Both the position numbers and the translations under genes were made by a program. Of a stretch of 64,000 nt of DNA, positions 56,052 to 64,000 are shown piece by piece; positions within the stretch are counted from its first letter, which is position 1, and each line of letters begins with the position of its first letter. The notes beneath the pieces were generated by a model, which was given only the letters and a program-made list of their open reading frames with translations, was not told where the DNA came from and searched no databases. This DNA comes from Planctomycetota bacterium. GTDB taxonomy: Bacteria > Planctomycetota > Phycisphaerae > UBA1845. The stretch lies in assembly GCA_024280855.1 (NCBI GenBank), contig JAJRPG010000058.1, positions 27,504-91,503 on the forward strand, in the 5' to 3' direction.

Positions 56052-57449
56052 CTATATATTTTTTGGTACACAAGATGATGAACATTTCTGAATCGCTAGT
56101 TGTATCAATTGTGTAGGAGATTCTACGAGTGCGCTGGCGTCTAATATCGCGCTGGCTAGGGTCCAGAGATGTTGGATGGTGTGCGTGCGCTCGCCTCGAA
56201 CGGCATGAATGCAGCATAATCGAGCCAGTGCGCAGGATAAATAAAAGGCAAGGCGCGATACATTGATTGTGCCTCCGTGTTTGATGTAAGACGCGACAAA
56301 GCTTTCGGCGATGTCGCTGGTTTGTTGACTATCGAAATTTTGTTGAGCGTTGTCCAGCAGCAGATGGGCTAGGAATGTAGCTAGGTCAACTTCGCGCTGG
56401 GCGGTGCATATCGTATCGAGGTCTAATAGCCAAGTTGTTTTTTCGTGCTGTAATAGTTGGGCGTGATAGAAATCTCGGTGGACCATGACGAGGTCATCTG
56501 AAGCATGACGGTTAGCCTGGTCACTTAGCCTTTCGATGATCGTTGATAATGTGCTTTGCTCAAGCGATTTACATATAAGCGTTAGAACATCAGGCCAGCG
56601 AGTGAGCGTTCCGAGTTCATCGGCTATTGAGTGGGTGGTATTTGTGGTTTTGGGGTCGCAAGCATGTAAGCAGGCGAGCACTTTAGCTGCCAGAGCGACG
56701 CCGTCTTGCTGATAAGATAATGGCTGGGCGTCGCCGTGAACACGGGATGTGACGATCAAGCGTTTTGTATGATCGATAGCTAGGGTCGTTGTTAGCATGA
56801 TTGTGTCTTGACTAAGTTGTTGTAGTTGTTGATGAAGTTGAGACAGAGATTCGAGGTCATAGCCTTTGGGCAGTCGGTGGAATGCCTTCACCATGACACC
56901 TGCATGGTTGGTGTGATTGTCTTGCGTTACTTGCACAATACAGCGTTTCTGCACGCGATATCCTTTAAGCGATAGTTGTAATTGATCTGGAGAATAGTCT
57001 GCAAGTATCGGTGTTTCTGCAGGACTGTCGATGGATGAGAGTAGATTGGCTAGTTCTTGGTGATCGAAAAGTTCTGCGGCGCAGCGTATGCGTTTGTCGC
57101 GGTCGGGTGAGCAGACCCAGAGGTCTTGAGAATCGTGGCGAAGTCTTACGCCTAGAAGGGCGTCTCCGAAAACTTTAGCCTTGTGACGCGACGTTTTCCA
57201 ACGAGGTTGACTTCGCCAGCCGCCTTGCAGGGTGACTTCGCGCGGGGTGGTTTTCGTATTGAGTGTGATCAATAGTTCAAAAGAAATTTCTTTTCGACGA
57301 GAAGGCCAAAGTCGGCGCAATTTCAGGTGTGAGAGCGAAGTGTCTGCAGGCCATTGCACGGATGTTGAAAGCCAATCATGCAACACGTCGAGCGGCTGAG
57401 CGAGCGGGCAAGATTCATTTGAAATGATGTCACTAAGCTTTTGTGTCAT
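56052..57449 (-). CDS. kinase-like protein C (APH/WaaP-like fold)
   Basis: ORF 56052..57473; ATG 57449 preferred. Contains VHRDFYHAQLL, LLDLDT and DLATFLAHLLL. Confidence 0.65.
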   Translation of the reverse strand: MTQKLSDIISNESCPLAQPLDVLHDWLSTSVQWPADTSLSHLKLRRLWPSRRKEISFELLITLNTKTTPREVTLQGGWRSQPRWKTSRHKAKVFGDALLGVRLRHDSQDLWVCSPDRDKRIRCAAELFDHQELANLLSSIDSPAETPILADYSPDQLQLSLKGYRVQKRCIVQVTQDNHTNHAGVMVKAFHRLPKGYDLESLSQLHQQLQQLSQDTIMLTTTLAIDHTKRLIVTSRVHGDAQPLSYQQDGVALAAKVLACLHACDPKTTNTTHSIADELGTLTRWPDVLTLICKSLEQSTLSTIIERLSDQANRHASDDLVMVHRDFYHAQLLQHEKTTWLLDLDTICTAQREVDLATFLAHLLLDNAQQNFDSQQTSDIAESFVASYIKHGGTINVSRLAFYLSCALARLCCIHAVRGERTHTIQHLWTLASAILDASALVESPTQLIQLAIQKCSSSCVPKNI

Positions 57450-57453
57450 CGGA

Positions 57454-58134
57454 TTATGGATTGCATTTAGCACAAGGGGCTAACCCTTCTTTGAATGCTT
57501 TACCCGTGCTTTTGAAGACGACCTTACGTTCCGGTTTAATTTTGTCGCATTCTTCACATTGAGGTCGATGGAAATTTCCGTATTTGCGATCAGCGATGTA
57601 TTGGCTTTCTCGTGAGGATTTATGAGATTTCCAAAGACCTCGTCGGTAAAGGCGGGCTTCTTCCTGTGCGGCGAGTAGTCGTTTTTTGAATCTGTGGTTT
57701 TCGTCCGTGAGTCTGACGTAAGCTAGGCCTTCCTTGATGAGCGTTTCGTTGACGAATGTGCTATCTACAAAAACGTATACCAACATGCGGCCTTTGGCGT
57801 CATACTTTTTTTTACCAAACCGCAGTCGAAGCCTTTTACCCTTCACTAATTCATTGTTACGTTTTAGCGATGTTTCAAATAGGGGATGGTTTCTTAATGG
57901 AGCACGCATGCCAGTGTAGATGATGTAATCGTCATCTTTTTCGCCGTCTGTATCGATTTGGACTTTGACGCCACTGATGGCGTATTCCGCTTCCACATAA
58001 AGCGCACGATGCGGGTCGCGTTTGTTGGCGATGGGTTGCGTAGGCCAAAAGGCAAAGGCCAACGCTGTCACGGCTAGGGCTGCAATGATGGCGGAGTAAA
58101 GCCATCGACGTTCAGCAAAGTAGTCTAAAGACAT
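57454..58134 (-). CDS. membrane-anchored SNase-fold protein (catalytic residues not conserved) with C-terminal Zn-ribbon (Ada-like)
   Basis: 226 aa. DAKGRMLVYVFVDSTFVNETLIKEGLAYV aligns to the S. aureus nuclease segment [29 protein letters not shown]. C-terminus has CEEC...CAKC. Confidence 0.7.
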   Translation of the reverse strand: MSLDYFAERRWLYSAIIAALAVTALAFAFWPTQPIANKRDPHRALYVEAEYAISGVKVQIDTDGEKDDDYIIYTGMRAPLRNHPLFETSLKRNNELVKGKRLRLRFGKKKYDAKGRMLVYVFVDSTFVNETLIKEGLAYVRLTDENHRFKKRLLAAQEEARLYRRGLWKSHKSSRESQYIADRKYGNFHRPQCEECDKIKPERKVVFKSTGKAFKEGLAPCAKCNP

Positions 58135-58140
58135 GAGTGA

Positions 58141-58836
58141 CTATTTTCCTGCCCGGTTAAATTCGTCCCAAATATCTTCAATAATATCATTATCTTCGGG
58201 CTGAAAAGGATGCGTTAGTTCGTTATCAACCAGGTAATCCTTGTCACGCACAAACTGTACATGTCCGTCAAGATAAGCGACGTTTACACCGTTTTTATGG
58301 CCACTTTTAATGACTTTGGGAAGATGGAATACGTCTGCCAGGATGGCTGGATTTCTTGTTAATTGTGACAGCTTCTTGCCAGTTAGGTGATAACGACGAC
58401 CGTAGGCCGCGCGTGTATCGAGCAGCGGGACAACCGGCCAGGGATTTTCCGGGGTCGATAAGCTATGGTAAGGGTCGGTTTGCCTTGGGCAAAACAGTGG
58501 GGCGATGGTATCTAACGATACGCCGTCTCCCAACAACGCGCCGAAGTTACTATTCAAATCTCTACCGTCGTAGATCAGATAATTATATTGCCAAGCGCCG
58601 TCATCAGGCTCATTATTTAAGGGGGGGAAGCGTTCATTGTCGTGCAAGTATACGAACAGCGAAAGATGTAACGATCTGAGGTGCGTCATGCACAGGGTAT
58701 CGCGTGCTTGTAACCTGGCACGATGCATGGAAGGTAATAGAATACCCATCAACGCGGAGATGATGGAAATCACAATGAGTAACTCCAGCAGTGTAAAGCC
58801 GGAACGCTTTTTATGAGCTGTTGGGATCATGGTCAT
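58141..58836 (-). CDS. prepilin-type N-terminal cleavage/methylation domain protein (DUF1559-like)
   Basis: 231 aa. Contains GFTLLELLIVISIISALMGILLPS, and the C-terminal motif NVAYLDGHVQFV. Confidence 0.8.
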   Translation of the reverse strand: MTMIPTAHKKRSGFTLLELLIVISIISALMGILLPSMHRARLQARDTLCMTHLRSLHLSLFVYLHDNERFPPLNNEPDDGAWQYNYLIYDGRDLNSNFGALLGDGVSLDTIAPLFCPRQTDPYHSLSTPENPWPVVPLLDTRAAYGRRYHLTGKKLSQLTRNPAILADVFHLPKVIKSGHKNGVNVAYLDGHVQFVRDKDYLVDNELTHPFQPEDNDIIEDIWDEFNRAGK

Positions 58837-60236
58837 TTCATCTCCCGGGTATATTTCGCAGTTTTTCCATGCCGCGAATCCAGGTCATTGTCATTTATCG
58901 TCAACATGCTATGTGGGTCTGATAGTAAATGTTTAGCCGTATCCCACAACTGCGCTGCGATACGCCCGCCATTGTGTCGTAGCGAATGGACCATGCCAAT
59001 CCGTATTAGCGATGAGCCAAGATAATAGGTAAGTGCGTGTTGACGGCATGTGCCTCCCTGGTCCATGTATGCTCGAATAAATGATTGGCAATGGGTCGGC
59101 CAAGTGTCTGCCGCTGATGATTTATTCGCAATAATTTCAAGTAATAAATGCGCCAAAAAGTTTCCGATGTCAACGCATCGGTGTCCCCGAGCGACGGTAT
59201 CCAAATCCAGGATGGTTATGCGTTCGCCATCCATGAGCAGCTGCGCAGGATAATAATCTCGATGAAGCGTAGCCAGGGCGTCGTCGTCAATGTGCGTAGA
59301 TGCTTCGTGCAGCATGGTGGATAGCGAGTCCAGTAATGAATGATGCTGTGGCGCAATCGTATTCATTAAAGTTGTCCAACGTTTGACGACGTGCCATTCG
59401 TTTTCGTGAGTAAAAGTTTTCAAGTCGTCGAGTTCGATATTGTGAAACGTAGCTAAGGCTTTGGCTACAAGCTCTAATTGTGCTGCGAAATTGGGGTTGT
59501 CCAAGGAAATCTTTTGGCCGGAAGTCCAGCCAAATTGAGCCATGCGAAGTTGGGCATCGTACCGAATAGGATCAGGTACGCGCACCAGGCCATGCGTCAT
59601 CATGTGCAGCTGATCGGATATTTTTCCATGTCGCCGGATAAGCTTATACCCGCGATCGTCGCGATACATTTTACAAAATAAATTTTCCGTTTCTCCGTCT
59701 TTTTGAACTAGGGAGCAATGAAGTGCGGCTCGTCGACCGGCACGATATCCCATCAGTTGGCAGGTTGCCTGAGGCGAAAATTGCTCGTTTCCATTTGTAT
59801 TATTTGCTGCATGTATGTTGCGTGCGAGCAGCGGGGCATCGTTAAGACACACGTCAAGCTGGTCCAGTACCGCGTCACAATCCGGCGAGTGGACAGTTAA
59901 GTGCCAATCCGAAACGTATACTGAGACACCCCATAACACCTGGCCGTTAATCGTTGGCTTGTCGTTTGCTGGTTTACAAAACTGAGGCGAAACGCCTTCG
60001 GGCAATGCGTGACCGTACAAGGAGAATCGCTGGCCTTGGTCCAGGCAGAATGACCATTCGATTGAAAAGGTCTCATCACGTCCAGGCCAATACCGCTCGA
60101 CGCGCAGGTCTGAAGGTTGTCCGAGTGTTTTCCAGGAAGAAAAAACATGGTCACGAAGTATCCCCATCGCCACCTGCCCATCGAGCAGTTGCTGCAATCG
60201 CAGGCTATTAGAGGTGTTGGTGGCATCGGTCTTCAT
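58833..60236 (-). CDS. kinase-like protein B (APH/WaaP-like fold)
   Basis: 467 aa. Contains LHRDYYPAQLL, ILDLDT and DIGNFLAHLLL. Confidence 0.65.
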   Translation of the reverse strand: MKTDATNTSNSLRLQQLLDGQVAMGILRDHVFSSWKTLGQPSDLRVERYWPGRDETFSIEWSFCLDQGQRFSLYGHALPEGVSPQFCKPANDKPTINGQVLWGVSVYVSDWHLTVHSPDCDAVLDQLDVCLNDAPLLARNIHAANNTNGNEQFSPQATCQLMGYRAGRRAALHCSLVQKDGETENLFCKMYRDDRGYKLIRRHGKISDQLHMMTHGLVRVPDPIRYDAQLRMAQFGWTSGQKISLDNPNFAAQLELVAKALATFHNIELDDLKTFTHENEWHVVKRWTTLMNTIAPQHHSLLDSLSTMLHEASTHIDDDALATLHRDYYPAQLLMDGERITILDLDTVARGHRCVDIGNFLAHLLLEIIANKSSAADTWPTHCQSFIRAYMDQGGTCRQHALTYYLGSSLIRIGMVHSLRHNGGRIAAQLWDTAKHLLSDPHSMLTINDNDLDSRHGKTAKYTREMK

Positions 60237-60244
60237 GTTTTAAT

Positions 60245-61600
60245 TCAACTATCGTTCAAATCATCCTTGGCTAATTGAATACACCGGTCTGCTAAAACTT
60301 TCCACCCGGGACGCAGGTGTCGCATCATGCCGCGTGATAAATCTAACTTGGAGAGCGCGGCGTAACATCCCAATCGTTGGCGGTCTATTGGCTCATCTGT
60401 TATTTTTTCCCAGCTCGTTAGAAAAGTTTCTCGCCAGTGCGTCGCATCGCAGAGTTTGACATTAAGTTCCGGACGATGTCCTAGCATAAGAAGCTGGGAC
60501 GAAAAATTGGCTACGTCGAGGAGCGGGTGGCCGATAGCCATCCTTTCGAGATCGAATAATGCGTAACGATCTCGTTTGATGGACAATTGATTCCAATGGA
60601 AATCATTGTGGATCGTAGCTACGTCTTTTGATTCCGAAAGTTGTTGAAAACTATTTGTCCACAGAGTTTTTATCGAAGCTAGCGCATCTTTTTGGGCCGG
60701 GTGCGCGGTTGACAGGTCTGTACAAGCTGATTCGATGCGTTTGATGAAATCATCTGGGGTGACACGGTCGAGACCTTCGAATTTATAATGATGCAGGGCG
60801 TGTAAGCGCTTGGCTATGCCGTGCAGAATTTCTTCGCAGCCTTGGTCATTGATGGCTTCGATGACCTGGTGTCCTCGAATCCATTCGACGCCGAGCAAAC
60901 CCTTGTCGATGGAAGCGCCAACGACAGCGGGAACCTGAAAGCTGGACTCAGGATTCGTGGATAGCTTGGCCAACGCTCGATGTCGGTGTGTCAATTTTTC
61001 GATGGACTCAGGCGAGGCTGAGCGTATCGCGATACGTTGTTTGTTACTGCCTCGATGGTCTGACCAGCCATCAAGCTCGGCGCGTAATCGGACGATCCAC
61101 TTTTGTTCGGGGACGTAGCGCACGAGCAGTCGCTGTAGCGTGTCGATTTTTACGGTGGCTTGAATACCTGAAGCACGAAGCCAATTTTGCCAAACCTCAA
61201 CACACGATTCACGGCCCGCGAAATTGCGCACGCCTCGCAAACGGCGATCGTTGGGGAACTGATACGCTTCGACATCCTGCCCGCCGACATGGATAATTTC
61301 TCCACGCCGCGAGGCTGATTCTCTTGCAGGGGCGAACAAGTAAACTAACTGACCAGTGGGCCAATATCGGTTAGCTGGGGTGTTGGGGTCTGAAAGTAAA
61401 GCATAAACAACTTTGACGTATCGGTTGGGGTGATAAAGTGTTTCAATGCGCTTAGCTGCACACCAGTCATGCTTCTCGCCTTCATCTCGACCGCGAACAA
61501 GTTGTGAACGGCAGGCGTCAAGCACGGCTTGTTCATCTAGCAGCGACGGCAGCGATGTCACTACATGGTCCGCAGGATATTCGTGAGGGGCGATTAGCAC
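60245..61600 (-). CDS. kinase-like protein A (APH/WaaP-like fold)
   Basis: 451 aa. GTG start overlaps the ABC gene stop. Contains IHNDFHWNQL, LFDLER and DVANFSSQLLM. Confidence 0.65.
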   Translation of the reverse strand: MLIAPHEYPADHVVTSLPSLLDEQAVLDACRSQLVRGRDEGEKHDWCAAKRIETLYHPNRYVKVVYALLSDPNTPANRYWPTGQLVYLFAPARESASRRGEIIHVGGQDVEAYQFPNDRRLRGVRNFAGRESCVEVWQNWLRASGIQATVKIDTLQRLLVRYVPEQKWIVRLRAELDGWSDHRGSNKQRIAIRSASPESIEKLTHRHRALAKLSTNPESSFQVPAVVGASIDKGLLGVEWIRGHQVIEAINDQGCEEILHGIAKRLHALHHYKFEGLDRVTPDDFIKRIESACTDLSTAHPAQKDALASIKTLWTNSFQQLSESKDVATIHNDFHWNQLSIKRDRYALFDLERMAIGHPLLDVANFSSQLLMLGHRPELNVKLCDATHWRETFLTSWEKITDEPIDRQRLGCYAALSKLDLSRGMMRHLRPGWKVLADRCIQLAKDDLNDS

Positions 61601-63453
61601 TTGAGTTGCTCCTCGCTTGTCGTCCCCGTTGCGGGTTTATCATGGCTGCCGATTAATCGAGCATACTCGCCGCCAAGTTTTAGCAGTTCGTCGTGTGTAC
61701 CATTTTCGCAAATTTGTCCTTCTCGAAAAACGGCTATGCGATCGAATCGCTGCATCTCATGGAAATGATGGCATATAACAATGGTGGTGCGTGGCGTAGA
61801 TGATGACATCCATATATTTTCCACCTCGCGATGAGAAAGCGGGTCTAAGCCGGTCGCTGGTTCGTCCAGAAGTAAAATTGCGGGGTTCATCATCAGTGCG
61901 CGGGCCAGGGCAATTCTTTGTCGCTGACCACCAGAAAGTGTACACCCCGCCTGACCGAGCATGGTCTCGTAGCGGTCGGGTAATTCACGGATAAAATCGT
62001 GTGCGCCGACAGCCTTAGCCGCGGTGCGTACTTCTTTATTCTTGGCGTTAGGTACGCCGAACGCGATATTGTCGTGTATAGATAGGCCAAACAAGACAGT
62101 GTCTTGATGAACCCATCCGATGCTTCGACGCAGTGATGCGAGTGTCGCTAGCCTAATATCTGCATCGTCAATTTTGAGACAGCCCTCTGTGGGATCGAAA
62201 AATCGTAACAGTAGCTTCGCCAGCGTACTCTTCCCTGCGCCGTTGTGTCCGACAACAGCTACGCGCTCTCCGGCTTTGATATGTAGCGATATATTATCAA
62301 GGGCTTTTGTCCCGTCAGCGTAGGCGTAGGTCACGTTGTCAATGGCTATGTCGCCGCGCACATTTTCAATCGGCTTACTATCCTCATTATCGCACACCTC
62401 TGCTTCCATCGCAAAAATTTCTGCGACGCGCTCTCCGCAAGAGGTTGACTTAGCAAGTTGTCCAGCCACCTTGGCAAATCGCCGCATGGGTTTTTGTAGT
62501 GCACGCAGGTATGATAAGAACACGAGTAAATCGCCCGCGGTCATCGTTTCTTTAAGCACGGCTCGGACGCCTAAATATAGGATAGCGCAAGTCGAAATCG
62601 CTGAGGCGATGGTGATCGAGCGAAATAGTTTAGATTGTAATCGGGTCGTAATGACGCCAGCTCGTACGGAGCTGCGATTTTCTCGGGAAAAGCGTTTCTG
62701 TTCAATTTCCTGGCGATTGAAAGCTTGAATCGTGGGTAAAGAGCCTAGGGCGTCGTGGGCAATGCTCGCGACCAGGCTTTCTTTTTCTCGCTGGCTTTTA
62801 GTGGCTTTGCGAATTTGACGGGAGATGCGATATCCTAGCCAAACGGTGAACGGAATGGTGGCGATACCTACTAACCCTAGTACAGGGTTAAGCCAAAGCA
62901 TCGCAGCCATCATAGCTACTACCGTTAGGGTTGCCTGAGTCGTGGTGATGACGGCATTGATGAGCATTTGCCGGAGCATTTGGATGTCGCCAGTGAGCCT
63001 CATAAGTAGATCACCCGTGCGGCGGCGCTCCAGCAGTTGAGGCGGCAGAGATTGTAAATGGGCGAAAAGATCGCGGCGTAAGTTTCCGACGATGCGCTGG
63101 CCTGTTTGTGCCAAGTTTACGTCACGAATATGAGAGAAAAATCCCTCCAGTATCGCGACCACAATGATACCTGCGCACACCCAGCCAAGTATTGATTCTG
63201 GGGAAGAAGCTATGCTCGACAAAAATTGGCCTAGTCTGCTGTTCGACATTTTGCTGGTTAGCACGAAGTCGAAGATGATTTTAATGGGCCAGGGGGCGAG
63301 CAGTTGCATCGTGACCGCCCCGAACGCAGCTGCGAGTACGCCGACTAATGTTGGCCGATACGGACGAACGTACTGCGCGAAACGGATCCACACGGCGCCA
63401 GCAGCGCCCAGGTCGAGTTTTCCGCGAGCTGTTTTGATGAACCAACCTTTCAT
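61594..63453 (-). CDS. ABC exporter, fused TMD-NBD (MsbA-like type I exporter)
   Basis: 619 aa. Six TM helices, Walker A GHNGAGKST, signature LSGGQRQR, Walker B ILLLDEP. Confidence 0.9.
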   Translation of the reverse strand: MKGWFIKTARGKLDLGAAGAVWIRFAQYVRPYRPTLVGVLAAAFGAVTMQLLAPWPIKIIFDFVLTSKMSNSRLGQFLSSIASSPESILGWVCAGIIVVAILEGFFSHIRDVNLAQTGQRIVGNLRRDLFAHLQSLPPQLLERRRTGDLLMRLTGDIQMLRQMLINAVITTTQATLTVVAMMAAMLWLNPVLGLVGIATIPFTVWLGYRISRQIRKATKSQREKESLVASIAHDALGSLPTIQAFNRQEIEQKRFSRENRSSVRAGVITTRLQSKLFRSITIASAISTCAILYLGVRAVLKETMTAGDLLVFLSYLRALQKPMRRFAKVAGQLAKSTSCGERVAEIFAMEAEVCDNEDSKPIENVRGDIAIDNVTYAYADGTKALDNISLHIKAGERVAVVGHNGAGKSTLAKLLLRFFDPTEGCLKIDDADIRLATLASLRRSIGWVHQDTVLFGLSIHDNIAFGVPNAKNKEVRTAAKAVGAHDFIRELPDRYETMLGQAGCTLSGGQRQRIALARALMMNPAILLLDEPATGLDPLSHREVENIWMSSSTPRTTIVICHHFHEMQRFDRIAVFREGQICENGTHDELLKLGGEYARLIGSHDKPATGTTSEEQLKC

Positions 63454-64000
63454 CCAAGACCCTCCGTCGAGAGGCTATCACAGGGCGGGACAGATGCGTC
63501 GAGAACGGTTGTAGTGGCTTGGGCAGTGGAGATGTCACTGGGGCTTTCGCATAGCAGGTTGCGAAGCCGGGCCACATTCTTGTCTACGCTAAACCGTTCT
63601 CGCACGCGACCCTGTCCGCCTGAGGAGAGGGACTCTGCAAGTTGAGGATCAACTAAAGTTTTTTCAATGGCGCTAGCTAAGCCCTGGACATCACCAGGTT
63701 CGATCAATAGGCCGCTGATGCCATCTTCAATAATTTCGGGGATACCGCTGAGCATGGTGCTAACCGTTGGGCATCCGCAGGCTAATGATTCCAGTAGGAC
63801 GGTGGGTAGGGCGTCAACGTTTCCATCTTTAGCGCGCACACAAGGCAGGGCGAAGCATGAGGCTTGTTGCATCTTTTTGCGCACGTCGTTTTGCTCCAGA
63901 GCGCCGATGAGTTTGACCACGTTCTTCAAGCCCAAATCTTTAATAGCCCGTTGCAGCGTGCGTTGCTCTCGGCCTTCACCAGCGATTTCGCACTGTAATT
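63450..64000 (-). CDS. GT4-family glycosyltransferase, C-terminal part (gene continues beyond the right edge)
   Basis: My translation stays open up to position 64000 (..LQCEIAGEGREQRTLQRAIKDLGLKNVVKLIGAL..). Contains FALPC...LESLACGCPTVST, the EX7E-type region. Confidence 0.75.
   Translation of the reverse strand, partial: LQCEIAGEGREQRTLQRAIKDLGLKNVVKLIGALEQNDVRKKMQQASCFALPCVRAKDGNVDALPTVLLESLACGCPTVSTMLSGIPEIIEDGISGLLIEPGDVQGLASAIEKTLVDPQLAESLSSGGQGRVRERFSVDKNVARLRNLLCESPSDISTAQATTTVLDASVPPCDSLSTEGLG

Noticed and set aside
1-64000. Prophage, integrative element, IS, integron or toxin-antitoxin content
   Set aside because: I recognised no integrase, transposase, recombinase, phage structural gene or attC-like array among the ORFs. 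The only mobile-looking features are the short hairpin repeats reported separately.

Overview
Gene-dense chromosomal window with about 50 protein genes. I recognised no rRNA, tRNA, CRISPR array, transposase or integrase. Several protein features point to a PVC-superphylum, Planctomycetota-like bacterium: a DUF1559-type prepilin-like protein, Cys-rich DCNDNGxxDxC modules, dockerin-like EF-hand tails, a PMP-like beta-helix and sulfatase-fold enzymes. This is inference from reading the proteins, not a database result. Left end: an 11-gene complex-I-like operon on the minus strand in the unusual order nuoI-A-B-C-D-H-J-K-L-M-N, with no nuoEFG, an enlarged NuoH and a His-rich insertion in NuoL. Middle: housekeeping genes (cinA-like, serA, cysteine desulfurase, tyrA, thrC, glmS, rarA, 5-FCL), an HD-GYP protein and an AT-rich FRG-domain islet. 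The middle also holds a tripartite RND efflux system whose adaptor gene is separated from the pump by an RhlB-like GT1, a GT4 and a PlsC-like acyltransferase. Right part: a 1027-aa double seven-bladed FG-GAP propeller protein, Fur plus a NapF-like ferredoxin, and a convergent cohesin-like/dockerin-like and PMP-like beta-helix pair surrounded by three regulators. The right end carries a translationally coupled minus-strand operon: GT4, ABC exporter, kinase, kinase, pseudopilin, apparently dead SNase, kinase, Thr-type sulfatase-fold enzyme. I consider this operon the best candidate for an undescribed envelope-modification system. Most of the longer intergenic regions carry several families of short hairpin repeats. 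One family shows compensatory stem changes around a conserved AGTA loop, and another sits in frame inside nuoL. All coordinates and motifs were read by eye. No searches or statistics were run.
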